Below, one piece after another: positions 24,982 through 35,264 of a stretch of 58,680 nucleotides of DNA; the first letter of the stretch is position 1, and every line of letters starts with the position of its first letter. The stretch spans positions 1 through 58,680 of the forward strand of contig JAGGVC010000034.1 in the NCBI GenBank assembly GCA_021158185.1, written 5' to 3'. Under the pieces are notes generated by a model. The model made no database searches, was not told the DNA's origin, and saw nothing but the letters and a program-made list of their open reading frames with translations. Source of the DNA: a bacterium. GTDB lineage: Bacteria > 4484-113 > JAGGVC01. The position numbers and the translations under genes were made by a program.

Positions 24982-25797
24982 TCAGTTTCCTTCCGCGAAC
25001 CTGAGCACCTGGTCAAGGCCGATGATAAGACCCGGATATGCAGCCGCGGCAAATTTAATCGCAAGGATCACGCCCGGCATGAAACACTCCCTGCTGATCG
25101 AACGATGCGTAATCTCCAAGGTTTCGCCCTGACCACCGAATATAACATTCTGCTCCGCGAGGATGCCGGGAAGACGGACGCTATGCACGTGAACTTCGTC
25201 GAGCGTTCCCCCGCGGACATGCGCCAGCGATTCGCGCTCCGTTTCAGCTTCTGCCAGTCTTGGATTAGCTGCAACCATCTCACTCACCGTAAAAATCGCT
25301 GTACCGCTCGGTGCATCCTTCTTCCCCGAATGATGCCGTTCAATTACCTCTACTGTACCGAAGAAAGGTGCTGTTCGCCGAGCAATGTCTATCATTAGGT
25401 TTGCGCCGATGGAGAAGTTTGGAACAATCAGGCAGCAGACACCTGCTTCCTCCGCAAGCTTCTCAAAGACATCGATCGAATCATTCGGAATGCCGGTTGC
25501 ACCGATAACGACGGGAATCTTCGCCTTGAGAACAAATGGAATATTCTCGACGACCGCTGCTCCCACGCTAACATCGACAACAACATCGGGAGCTTCGGCA
25601 AGAAAGCGCTCGATGTCGTCGGTGATGGCTATGCCGAGTTCACCTGCTCCCGCAAGCGTTCCCCAGTCCTTGCCTGCATTGGCAGTATCGAGGGCTGCAT
25701 GCGGCTGAAGTTCGTTGGCTGCAACAAGTGCACGACAGATTTCAAGCCCCATCCTGCCTGCAGCTCCAATCACGCCAACGGTAATGGAATCATTCAT
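24982..25797 (-). CDS. dapB: 4-hydroxy-tetrahydrodipicolinate reductase
   Basis: GAAGRMG, PNFSIG, ERHHSGKKDAPSGTA. Confidence 0.96.
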   Translation of the reverse strand: MNDSITVGVIGAAGRMGLEICRALVAANELQPHAALDTANAGKDWGTLAGAGELGIAITDDIERFLAEAPDVVVDVSVGAAVVENIPFVLKAKIPVVIGATGIPNDSIDVFEKLAEEAGVCCLIVPNFSIGANLMIDIARRTAPFFGTVEVIERHHSGKKDAPSGTAIFTVSEMVAANPRLAEAETERESLAHVRGGTLDEVHVHSVRLPGILAEQNVIFGGQGETLEITHRSISRECFMPGVILAIKFAAAAYPGLIIGLDQVLRFAEGN

Positions 25798-25959
25798 AAG
25801 TTCACCTGATATTAGCTTGAATACAAGCTACCAATTATTCGGAATTCACGCCATTTGCACCCAACAATCATCTTACACCGCCAGCACCGGGTCTCGATTA
25901 TTGTATCAAACGGCCTACTACGGATCTCAGAAACCGTCCGGTGTATCAGTCAAGGTACA

Positions 25960-26688
25960 TTATTCTGCATCGTCAGGTTGCGAATCGTCATCGGAACTGG
26001 GAAAATCATCAAGAAACTGTGCATCGGGTACTTCGCCCTTTCTAGCCCTCATTTCCTCGGGCAGAAGGCGCTGAATATCAAGCATGATTTCGGCAGTTAT
26101 TTCATCCAGCCTTGAACGGGGAATCGCTTCGCCATTAGAATCTCCTTTTTCAAAAACTCTCGGCTTTCCATACGTTACCGTAACTCTTCCAGGGCGCGGC
26201 ACCTTCATTCCTCTATGAAACGCCTTATGTGTTCCTGTAATTCCAACCGGAACAACTGGACAGCCGGTTTTGAGCGCAAGCACCGAAATTCCGCTTCGTC
26301 CGCGCATTACGCGACCGGTTGCCGATCTCGTGCCTTCCGGAAATATAATTACCGTGCCGCCCTCTTCCAGACACTTCTGCGCTACAATGAGAGCCTTTCG
26401 CCCGCCGCCGCCTCTTTCAACTCCGATCTGTCCGACCAAGCGCAAAAACCAGCCTGGGATGGGCATCCTGAAAAGCTCTGCTTTTGCGATGAATGAAACG
26501 GGCTGCGGTACTCCGATACCTACAATCGGTGGATCGAGGTGGCTCGCATGGTTTGAAGCGAGGATCAGCGGACCTTCCCGCGGGATATTTTCGACGCCGA
26601 AATACCTTACTCGCCAAAATAGCTTCGCTCCAAGCCAAATGCATCCGCATGCCAGTCTGTAAACGAAAAGTCCAAACGGAGTAAGCAC
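25960..26688 (-). CDS. plsC: 1-acyl-sn-glycerol-3-phosphate acyltransferase
   Basis: NHASHLD, FPEGTRS. Confidence 0.9.
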   Translation of the reverse strand: MLTPFGLFVYRLACGCIWLGAKLFWRVRYFGVENIPREGPLILASNHASHLDPPIVGIGVPQPVSFIAKAELFRMPIPGWFLRLVGQIGVERGGGGRKALIVAQKCLEEGGTVIIFPEGTRSATGRVMRGRSGISVLALKTGCPVVPVGITGTHKAFHRGMKVPRPGRVTVTYGKPRVFEKGDSNGEAIPRSRLDEITAEIMLDIQRLLPEEMRARKGEVPDAQFLDDFPSSDDDSQPDDAE

Positions 26689-26806
26689 AACTGAATTATA
26701 TTACTGCTTTCTCTTATCGGCAAGGAATACGGATTGTGTCGGGCGATGCATCATCGGCCGCTCGAGCGATTTCGGTAAAGGGGCAGGTGATCCGAGTTCA
26801 TTCGAG

Positions 26807-26832
26807 AAAAAAGGGGAGCCTTTCGGCTCCCC
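26807..26832 (-). terminator. Rho-independent terminator
   Basis: Minus GGGGAGCC-GAAA-GGCTCCCC-TTTTTT downstream of 26873-29692. Confidence 0.85.
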
Positions 26833-26872
26833 AATTCATTCTGCACGGCATGTCAGCCGGGGGGGCACTCGG

Positions 26873-29692
26873 TCAGAAATCGACCATTTCATATTCCAGG
26901 ATGAATTCGGCCACGAAATGTACTGTACCGTCTTCACCCGATATCCTTTTGCCTTCGACAAGTACGTAATCCTGCGGCTGAATTCCTGATTCAGACACGA
27001 TCTGTGTTCTGTTGGTTATTTCGAATCTGTACTCCGGAACGCCCGCCATATCACCGCCATCATACTGAGGTGCGATGAGGATGTAGTCGTTTTCAACATA
27101 CTGCATCACAAGTCCTTCAACCGTGATGAACTCATCGGGGGGCGGTGGAGGCACAACCTGATGAACGAACATAACAGCTGCGATCAGATGACCGTCTTCA
27201 TCGAGTAACGGCAAGCCGTCGCTGCCGATCCGGAATATCGCCTCAGCATCGAGCAGACAATCAATTACCGCCATCTCCATCAAGCTGCCGATACCGATCA
27301 GGTCGGTCATCGGATCCACGCGCACGGTTACATAATCCACACCTGGCGGCATGCCCGGATCGCTGGGATCTCCGTTGCCGGGGCCGTTCGGGTCGTCAGG
27401 ATCCGTCCATCCGCCTTCCGGCCCGCCTATTCCGTAGCGATACGGTTCAATCTTTACAATACCGTTGTTCTGCTCCAAGTCCTCATAGACGATGACATCG
27501 CGCACCTGCCCGTAAACAGATGCGGGGGGAGGTGGCGGTGGAGGAGGTGGAGGAGCAACAAATACCATCAGAAGATCTGCAATCGGAAATCCGTGATCAT
27601 CGAGAATCACATTGCCGTTCTCTCCAACCTTGAATACAGCGTGCGCCTCAGCACCTATATCGATGTCATAGAGGCTTGCCACACCTTCGAGAACCGTCTC
27701 CGGTACTACACGAACAGGCCTTGGTTCAGCATCATCGGGTGGATTGGTAGGATCGTTGGGCTCCCCAGGCTGCGGCGAATTTGGCTGAATAACTACAACG
27801 CCGTTATTGCCCTGCGAACCGCCCGGATTGTCGCCGAAGATTTCAACGTTCCTGACGATTCCGAAAATACCGGGCGGAGGAGGAATTGGACGCATCACGT
27901 TAAAAACTGCTGCAACCGGATTACCCTCATCATCGCGGACAAGTGTTCCATCGGGCGAAATCATCATTTCGCTCCAGATGTTGTCGCGAATTACGATTTC
28001 ATCGTAGCTGTCAACTCCGCCAAGCCTTGTAACGGGAACAATCTTGATCCATGTGAATATAGGCTCAGGTCTGTCGGGGTCGTCCGGCCAATCCGGAGGG
28101 ATATCGCCTGGATAGTCGTTTCCAGGATAATCCTCGCCATCGCCATCGCCGAAGAATCCGTCACCGCGATCCGATCCGTCATCGCACATCGGCCACCTAT
28201 CGCCGGGATCCTCCGGACCTCCATATGGCGGACGATCGTTGAAGCCTGGTCCGTCCAAAATATCATCCCAGAAACCGAGCACGCCTACGAGATGATTCGC
28301 CGGACGCAAGTCAACAACTTCCCCGTGGAAAGTGAATCCGAATGGCGGTGGAGGTGGCGGTGGTGGAGGTGGCGATGGAACTGCGATGAGCAGTTTGGCA
28401 ACTAGCCGTTCCGTTGTAGCGTCGCCGAGCCTGCCGAAAAGCGATGCCCGCATTCCTTCGTGGAGCTCTCCGAGATGCTCGATGCCTGCAAGAATGGTCT
28501 CCTGATTAACGCTTACCCAAAATTCACCGAACTTGAAATCAGGCATTTCGTTATCAGAAGTAACGGTGATCAGAACGCCTTTTATCAACAGGTCGGCACC
28601 GAAGGGAGGCCAAATTTCACGCGGATCAAGCTCTATTTTTTTGATAACGCCGTCAAGCGCAAAGAAACCGCTTCCTTCGGGCGGGGGGACAAGTCTCTGC
28701 ACAAACTGCGCCTGAAGAACGTTGTCTGTCAGACGCTTGCCTGCGGCGAGAAGCTTCATTCCAAGTTCGATATCTGCAAATGAATCGATGCCCTTATAGC
28801 GAGTGTCATCCAAAACATGAACGGGAAAAACTCCATGTTCTTCAAAAACGAGTCCGAAGATATAGATCATCCGAACTCCTTCGGCAAGATAGCTGTGGCG
28901 CTCGCTGTCAATCTCGATAACCTTGCCCTTCACTTCAATGCGGTTATTGAAATTATCCCCGTCGGGCGGACGTTCGTATCCATCAGGCAAAGGTGGCTCA
29001 CTACTACCTTCCAATCTCATATCGTTCTGCCAGCCGTCCCCGAAACCGTCGGTTCCTTCGAAGAATCCTTCGCCATCATCGAGCCAGCCGAAGTGATCGC
29101 CGGATTCACCGAACGGCATGTCAAGACCGTTTTCGCCGAAAACGCCGCTCTTGAAATTCCCGCCCTCAAAACCGCCTTGCAGCCTCAAGCCGTCGGGTAT
29201 ACCATCGTCATTTCCGTCATAGCCGGAAAGGTTGAGATGCATTGACCCCGCTCCCGACCCTTCGAGCTCGAATGGAAGCTCGGCATAGAGACGGTTTTGA
29301 GCGCTCTCCGTCGTTCGAAGTTCCACCTTGATTCTAAGGTTGGCGTTCTTCGAAACTTCTTCTGCGTTCACTTCAAACCAGCCGGTGTCGTTCGTTTCGG
29401 ACGCGGAAATAATGTTGTTGTCGGAAAGAAGCGCAACGCCTGCATTAGCAATCGGGGCAGCACTGCTCGACCGGGAGATTTCGCTTTCTCCCTGTACAAG
29501 GCCCGTATAAGTCAAAATACCACTGATCGCGATATCCTGATCCGAATCAGCGGGCGGCGGAGTTGTTCCGCCTGGGTTTGGATTCGGGATGATAGTGGAT
29601 GATCCTCCACCTCCACATGATACAGCGAACAATGCCGTCACGAAGATGATCAGCATCACTAAAAATAATTTTCTCACGTCAATACCTCCCAA
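26873..29692 (-). CDS. Large acidic lipoprotein with six DUF5666-like repeats and polyproline linkers
   Basis: AVS-C-GGGG lipobox; six repeats of G.V..I....V...T...G.....I..G....(A) separated by P4-P9 runs. Confidence 0.75.
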   Translation of the reverse strand: MGGIDVRKLFLVMLIIFVTALFAVSCGGGGSSTIIPNPNPGGTTPPPADSDQDIAISGILTYTGLVQGESEISRSSSAAPIANAGVALLSDNNIISASETNDTGWFEVNAEEVSKNANLRIKVELRTTESAQNRLYAELPFELEGSGAGSMHLNLSGYDGNDDGIPDGLRLQGGFEGGNFKSGVFGENGLDMPFGESGDHFGWLDDGEGFFEGTDGFGDGWQNDMRLEGSSEPPLPDGYERPPDGDNFNNRIEVKGKVIEIDSERHSYLAEGVRMIYIFGLVFEEHGVFPVHVLDDTRYKGIDSFADIELGMKLLAAGKRLTDNVLQAQFVQRLVPPPEGSGFFALDGVIKKIELDPREIWPPFGADLLIKGVLITVTSDNEMPDFKFGEFWVSVNQETILAGIEHLGELHEGMRASLFGRLGDATTERLVAKLLIAVPSPPPPPPPPPPFGFTFHGEVVDLRPANHLVGVLGFWDDILDGPGFNDRPPYGGPEDPGDRWPMCDDGSDRGDGFFGDGDGEDYPGNDYPGDIPPDWPDDPDRPEPIFTWIKIVPVTRLGGVDSYDEIVIRDNIWSEMMISPDGTLVRDDEGNPVAAVFNVMRPIPPPPGIFGIVRNVEIFGDNPGGSQGNNGVVVIQPNSPQPGEPNDPTNPPDDAEPRPVRVVPETVLEGVASLYDIDIGAEAHAVFKVGENGNVILDDHGFPIADLLMVFVAPPPPPPPPPPASVYGQVRDVIVYEDLEQNNGIVKIEPYRYGIGGPEGGWTDPDDPNGPGNGDPSDPGMPPGVDYVTVRVDPMTDLIGIGSLMEMAVIDCLLDAEAIFRIGSDGLPLLDEDGHLIAAVMFVHQVVPPPPPDEFITVEGLVMQYVENDYILIAPQYDGGDMAGVPEYRFEITNRTQIVSESGIQPQDYVLVEGKRISGEDGTVHFVAEFILEYEMVDF

Positions 29693-29762
29693 AAGGGTTG
29701 TGTCAGGTGAATTATTCCCTTTTCAGCTCAATTTGTCTACTCCCGATTGCCTACTTTTTTAA

Positions 29763-29864
29763 GGGTACCAATTTTTGCCTGCAAATAGATGCTCAAATTC
29801 AGCTGCAAACTCAAGTGCATATTCCATACGATCAGGCCAATTTGCACCTGAAAAATTGGTACCC
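29763..29864. promoter_or_regulatory. Inverted repeat pair, putative MocR operator
   Basis: GGGTACCAATTTTT (29763-29776) and AAAAATTGGTACCC (29851-29864) in the divergent intergenic region. Confidence 0.55.
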
Positions 29865-29927
29865 CAAAGATTCGTACGTATTGGTAGTTTGCAGCATGCG
29901 TCCAAAGAGGTACTATATTAGCGGCAC

Positions 29928-31460
29928 ATGTTTATTAAGATTGACAAATCCAGCAGGATACCCGTCTACCGGCAGATAATGAATGCAATCATCGAATTGA
30001 TTGATTCAGGGGTGCTTGCCGCGGGTGAAAGGCTGCCTTCCAGCAGAGAACTTGCCCACTCGCTCGGCGTTACGCGGAAGACAGTCATTACAGCTTACCA
30101 GGAGCTTGTTGCAATCCAGTACCTCGATTCAACAATCGGCAGCGGTACTTTTGTAAGTCACCTTAAAGGCAGCAAACGAAAACCGACCGAGCCTCCTGAA
30201 ACCTATCCAGAGCCCGCATTTGAGGCATCGGAAATGCCGGAAGCTCTTAAGAACATGTCCTGGCAGAAATATATGCTCGCAGGCGATTTTTTCGCCATGC
30301 CCAGGCGAAATGTGAAATCCTGGTCGGGAAGCGAGAAATTCATCAGCTTCGCCAAGGCACTTCCCGATCCGACCCAGTTTCCATTCGATCGAATCAAGAA
30401 AATCGCATCACGTATGCTGTGGGATCCTAAAGCATACTTCTTCAACTACGGACACCCGCAAGGTTATCAGCCCCTCGTCGAATGGGTGAGTCAGTGTCTT
30501 GCCGCCGAGCAAATCGATATGCGCGAAGGGCATAATGATGTGATTCTTGCGGGCGGTTTCCAGCTCGCTCTGAACCTGCTTCTTTCCTTCCTTACGCGCG
30601 AGGGCAAATCAGTTGCAGTTGAAAATCCGACCTACACATCGGTCCTCAACTCACTGATTGCGCGCGGCATCAAGCACGTAGGTATTCCGATGGAACCAGA
30701 TGGAATGAATCTCAGGATTCTCAGGGAAAAGCTCAAGAGCAAGAAAATCGGGCTTATTATCGTCGTCCCAACGCTGCATAATCCGACGGGAACGATTATG
30801 TCCCTCGAAAAGCGGCGCGAACTTTTGCGGCTTGCTGCTGAGTATCAGGTTCCGATAATCGAGGATGTCTACCTGATGTTCCTTGGATACGAGGGCAAAG
30901 CGCTGCCAAGCCTCAAGGCACTCGATTTAGGCGGATATGTTTTCCAGGTCGGCAGTTTCAGCAAAGTATTTCTCCCCGGACTTAGAATAGGCTGGATAAC
31001 CGCACCGAGCGAGGTTGCGCTGCCGCTCGTCAAGCTCAAGCGTGCAACGGATCAGGGTGACAGCTTTTTCCTGCAAACACTCCTTTACGAGTTCATAATT
31101 AAAGGTTATTTTGATATGCATACTCGTAAAGCACGACGGGTATACGACGGCAGACGCGAAATCATGATGGATGAATTGAAACGTCATATGCCGGATGGTG
31201 TTTCCTGGATCGAGCCGAGGGGAGGATTATCAACTTGGCTTTCGCTGCCCAAGGGGTATAATAGCCGCGAGCTTTATGAAGTTGCTCTTGAAAAGGGCAT
31301 GGAGATCGCCCCAGGCAACTTCTTTTATGTAGGCAAAAAGGATGCAAGATCATTCAGACTTGCGTTCTCTATGCTTAGTCAGCAGGATGTACGCGAGGGT
31401 GTTAGAAGGCTAGGGAGGATTGTGAAGGACTTTCTGCGAACAGGAAAGGCCAAGCGATAA
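29928..31460 (+). CDS. MocR/GabR-family PLP-dependent GntR regulator
   Basis: GERLPSSRELA..LGVTRKTV..AY wHTH; HNPTG, IIED, GSFSK...PGLRIGW aminotransferase domain. Confidence 0.95.
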   Translation: MFIKIDKSSRIPVYRQIMNAIIELIDSGVLAAGERLPSSRELAHSLGVTRKTVITAYQELVAIQYLDSTIGSGTFVSHLKGSKRKPTEPPETYPEPAFEASEMPEALKNMSWQKYMLAGDFFAMPRRNVKSWSGSEKFISFAKALPDPTQFPFDRIKKIASRMLWDPKAYFFNYGHPQGYQPLVEWVSQCLAAEQIDMREGHNDVILAGGFQLALNLLLSFLTREGKSVAVENPTYTSVLNSLIARGIKHVGIPMEPDGMNLRILREKLKSKKIGLIIVVPTLHNPTGTIMSLEKRRELLRLAAEYQVPIIEDVYLMFLGYEGKALPSLKALDLGGYVFQVGSFSKVFLPGLRIGWITAPSEVALPLVKLKRATDQGDSFFLQTLLYEFIIKGYFDMHTRKARRVYDGRREIMMDELKRHMPDGVSWIEPRGGLSTWLSLPKGYNSRELYEVALEKGMEIAPGNFFYVGKKDARSFRLAFSMLSQQDVREGVRRLGRIVKDFLRTGKAKR

Positions 31461-31470
31461 GGAACCAGGT

Positions 31471-32652
31471 ATGATTAGGCACTGCGGGATTTTCTTTTTT
31501 GCGATATTGGTCTTGTTTTCGCTGATCCTCGTTTCAGCCTGCGGTTCTGGCGGTCAGCGAAAATTTTCGCCTGTTCCCTATTCACCACCCGGCAACGGAG
31601 GTGAATCCGGCTCAGGTGCAACGGGTACAGACCAACCGGCACCTCCTCCTCCATCGCAACACACCGACGAACCTGGGAACATCGAGACTTTCCTTTTGGA
31701 TATCGTTGATCCTTCTTTGCCTGCCTGGGACGATCCACAGAGATCCGCTCTCGCAGGAAATATTGTTATCCTTGGACTGCAACTGGAAATTCCTGACGAG
31801 AACTACTTCCCGACAGACCCTGAACAACAACCCTCGGGGCTGATCCTCACACGCATCATTGACGATGAAGACAACATCGGGAGCACACAATATCCCGATG
31901 ATCTGGGTGATTTCTTCCATGCTGATCTGGAACCCGGCTACGGGATGACGTTCAACCTCGTGGCCCAAGTCGAGGATGATCTGAACGGCGACGGTCTTGG
32001 GCATGACATTATAGACCTGCGTATACCTGTCAACCTTGCAGCAGGAAAGGTAACCGAGCTTTTCATTACGCTGTCACCGGTTGAGCCTGAGCGGTACCTG
32101 TTCGAAAGCGGCGCTGACCAGCCTTTCGGCATCATTCTCGAACTTGCATACAACTACAACGGTCCCGAAGGAACACGCACGAAGCACCAGGCAATTAATT
32201 TTGCCACTGGTAAAACCGTCCTCGACATGAACGGGGACAGGTTTTATGAGCCGCTTGATTTCGGCGGTGATGATTCAAACTCCGACGGAATTTACGATAA
32301 CGCACCACCACTCATTCCACCCGGCGGAATCGATGCTGATTTCGTTACGCTGGAAGGATTCGTAATCGAGTACGCTCCCGGACTCATCACAATTAAACCT
32401 GAGTTCGAATATTCCGAGCCAAAGCACATTTTCTTCGATCCGCGCACTGCAATTATGTCACCGCTCGGATTCGAACTTCATCCAGGTGAGATAAGGCCCG
32501 GCCATTTCGTACTCGTCCAGGGATTCATCGCTCCCGGCGACAAGCTCGTTGCAATTACAATAATCGTATTCCCGCCGCCCAACGAACAACCGCCGTGGTA
32601 TTTTGAACCTCCTGGGCCTGGAATCGGCGAACCTGATGATATGTTTCCATAA
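31471..32652 (+). CDS. Acidic Pro-rich lipoprotein with one C-terminal DUF5666-like domain
   Basis: VSA-C lipobox; DLNGDG/DMNGD/DSNSDG Ca-binding-like motifs; EGFV...T.I...EIRPGHFVLVQG...LVA. Confidence 0.7.
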   Translation: MIRHCGIFFFAILVLFSLILVSACGSGGQRKFSPVPYSPPGNGGESGSGATGTDQPAPPPPSQHTDEPGNIETFLLDIVDPSLPAWDDPQRSALAGNIVILGLQLEIPDENYFPTDPEQQPSGLILTRIIDDEDNIGSTQYPDDLGDFFHADLEPGYGMTFNLVAQVEDDLNGDGLGHDIIDLRIPVNLAAGKVTELFITLSPVEPERYLFESGADQPFGIILELAYNYNGPEGTRTKHQAINFATGKTVLDMNGDRFYEPLDFGGDDSNSDGIYDNAPPLIPPGGIDADFVTLEGFVIEYAPGLITIKPEFEYSEPKHIFFDPRTAIMSPLGFELHPGEIRPGHFVLVQGFIAPGDKLVAITIIVFPPPNEQPPWYFEPPGPGIGEPDDMFP

Positions 32653-32774
32653 CGCCTTCAAACGAAGCTGCCACGCTTGAAAATTGATACTTCAGCTTGC
32701 GCTTGTTCACCCATCCTGCTTAATAATCATCGACGCGCACGTATTATCTGCTAATATCCTTTACGGTAAACACG

Positions 32775-33824
32775 GTGACTAGGCCGAAACCCGGAGTTCG
32801 AATGATGGTCAGCTCGATAAGCCAGGACATTACTGAAATTGTTGATGCTTTTTCAGCAGATTTTAAGCGCGTACGTGACGCTATTCACCGCGCGATAGTC
32901 GGAATGGACGACGTTGTGGACGGAACGCTGATTACGCTCTTTGCGGCTGGCAACGTCCTGCTTGAAGGCGTACCGGGGCTTGGCAAGACCATGCTCGTAC
33001 GAACCCTTAGCAAGGTTGTTTCCTGCGATTTCTCGCGCATTCAGTTCACTCCCGATCTTATGCCGTCCGATATCACGGGTACGAACATCATTGAGGAAAC
33101 AACAGAAGGTAAGCGGTACAGGTTTATGGCTGGGCCTGTTTTTTCCAACATCGTACTTGCCGACGAAATCAACAGGGCGACTCCCAAAACGCAGAGCGCT
33201 ATGCTAGAGGCTATGCAGGAACAGAGCGTAACCGTGATGGGCAATATCAGGAAGCTCGATCCACCCTTCGTCGTACTCGCCACCGAGAATCCCATTGAAA
33301 TGGAAGGTACTTATCCTCTGCCTGAAGCCCAGCTCGACAGGTTCTTCATGAAGCTCCTGATTCATTTTCCGAGCGAGGATGAGCTCTGCAAGATTATGGA
33401 AAGAACAACGGGCGAACTTGCTGCAACACTTTCCCCCGTTATCGACCGTGCCAGAATTATCGAAATGCAGAATCTTGTTCGCCGTGTCCCCATCGCCGAG
33501 CACGTTTCAAGATTCGCGGTACGAACAGTTCTTTCCTGCCACCCCGAAAACGATCTTGCGACACCGCTCGTCAGAAAATACGTTCGGTACGGACCAAGCC
33601 CGCGAGGCGTACAGGCGTTGATTCTCGGAGGCAAGATCAGAGCGCTCATCGCGGGTCGTTACAACGTTTCAGCGGATGATATTCGAGACTGCGCATACGG
33701 TGCTCTCCGTCACAGGCTCATCCTGAACTTCGAGGCAGAAGCCGAAGGCGTCGATCCCGATGCTATTGTTGAAGAAGTGCTTTCGAAAGTCGAAATGCCG
33801 CTCACCGAGCCCAGAACAGGTTAA
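32775..33824 (+). CDS. MoxR-family AAA+ ATPase
   Basis: GVPGLGKT, RIQFTPDLMPSD, ADEINRA, EGTYPLPEAQLDRF. Confidence 0.95.
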   Translation: MTRPKPGVRMMVSSISQDITEIVDAFSADFKRVRDAIHRAIVGMDDVVDGTLITLFAAGNVLLEGVPGLGKTMLVRTLSKVVSCDFSRIQFTPDLMPSDITGTNIIEETTEGKRYRFMAGPVFSNIVLADEINRATPKTQSAMLEAMQEQSVTVMGNIRKLDPPFVVLATENPIEMEGTYPLPEAQLDRFFMKLLIHFPSEDELCKIMERTTGELAATLSPVIDRARIIEMQNLVRRVPIAEHVSRFAVRTVLSCHPENDLATPLVRKYVRYGPSPRGVQALILGGKIRALIAGRYNVSADDIRDCAYGALRHRLILNFEAEAEGVDPDAIVEEVLSKVEMPLTEPRTG

Positions 33825-33894
33825 AACCCTCAGGATTTGCCGCTGCAATCATTCCGCTGGCAATTCAGCCACGTCTGTTATACAATTCGCGCCT

Positions 33895-35223
33895 ATGCTT
33901 GAAAATATGCCCTTCGATGTTGTTGAGGATGAGATACTCGCTCGTGTCGAACCACTTGAAGGCGAGCTGATGCCGCTCAAATGGTGCTATTTTCGCTATC
34001 TCTCGGAAGACCTGCACAGCAGCGGCGCACTTCCGCCGTTTTCGCTTGTCAAAGTTGACGGATATGCAGTCTCGCTCAAGGATATTGAGAATGCGAGCAC
34101 GGAAAGACCGATAGCTCTTGATATTCTCGAAACCGTCTCTTCGGGTCAGCATCAGTCCAAGAAGCTTTTGAAGGGCTATTGCACATTCGTTGAAAGCGGA
34201 GCTCAGCTTCCCAGAGGCGCAGATGCGGTCGTCGAAGTATCACGTATCCGTAAGAATGGCAATAAAGCTATATTTGATTCTCCCGTGCGGAGCGGAGAGG
34301 GGATAATCAAAAAGGGATCGGTGATTAAACCTAACGACCTTGTAATGCGCACGGGAGATTATTTAACTCCTGCAAGAGTCGGTGTCCTTTCAGCCATTGG
34401 ACACACAGAAGTGAAAGTTGTCAGGCCTCCCGTAATCGGAATTATAAGTACAGGCAATGAACTCGTATCGAGCGATACCGACAAGCTGAAGACCGGCCAG
34501 ATCCGTGACGCGAACACACACATTCTCTCCGCCAAGCTCACGGAAATGCGGCTACCGCACATGAGCCTGGGCGTTGTGCCCGACAGCCGGAATGCGCTGG
34601 TTGACGTAATCAGCCGCGTCATTCACCAAGTGGACGCCCTGATTATCACTGGCGGCAAAGTGAAAGGGAAAAAGAAGTTTCTGGAGGAAACCGTCGAATC
34701 ATCCGGCGAGCTGGTGGTGAACGGCGTGAGAATGAACCCCGGCGGAAGTTTCAGCTTCGGCTTTTTCAAACATAAGTACATCTTCGCATTGCCCGGTACA
34801 CCTTCCGATGCACTACTAGTTTTTGATATTTTAATTGAGCCTGTCATTCAAAAAATGATGGGCGCCCGGTATTTCAGGCAGCCGGTACGAACGGGCATCC
34901 TTGCCGGCTCCATCAGCCTCGATTGCGACAGAGATTCATTTTTGTGGGCGAGGTTCGAAATGAGCGACACGGAGAAATTCCACGTAACACCGCTCTCTGA
35001 GTCATTTGATGTGAACCTTGCACAAGCGATACGAGGATCGTGCGTCATCAGACTGGCACCAGGCGTTCACCGCATGTCAACTGGTGATGCGGTCAGCTTC
35101 ATCGCAACCAGTCCGGACAGATTGTTTACACCCCCGATGTACGCCCCAGGTCTCAATGATGTAAACGCTTCCCGCACGGTTTCCAGCGAATCATCTACGA
35201 ATATGGCGGACACCAACGAGTAA
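33895..35223 (+). CDS. moeA: MoeA/gephyrin-like protein (degenerate)
   Basis: LPPF...DGYAV, LPRGADAVV, STGNEL, IRDAN; start placed at ATG 33895. Confidence 0.82.
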   Translation: MLENMPFDVVEDEILARVEPLEGELMPLKWCYFRYLSEDLHSSGALPPFSLVKVDGYAVSLKDIENASTERPIALDILETVSSGQHQSKKLLKGYCTFVESGAQLPRGADAVVEVSRIRKNGNKAIFDSPVRSGEGIIKKGSVIKPNDLVMRTGDYLTPARVGVLSAIGHTEVKVVRPPVIGIISTGNELVSSDTDKLKTGQIRDANTHILSAKLTEMRLPHMSLGVVPDSRNALVDVISRVIHQVDALIITGGKVKGKKKFLEETVESSGELVVNGVRMNPGGSFSFGFFKHKYIFALPGTPSDALLVFDILIEPVIQKMMGARYFRQPVRTGILAGSISLDCDRDSFLWARFEMSDTEKFHVTPLSESFDVNLAQAIRGSCVIRLAPGVHRMSTGDAVSFIATSPDRLFTPPMYAPGLNDVNASRTVSSESSTNMADTNE

Positions 35224-35264
35224 GCCGCTTCCGGGTTGCATGCATAACTTGCCTGTGAAAACAC

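Noticed and set aside
27520-28380. GGT/GGA/GGC triplet runs as contingency repeats
   Set aside because: Mixed-codon polyproline linkers, in frame; not pure slippage tracts
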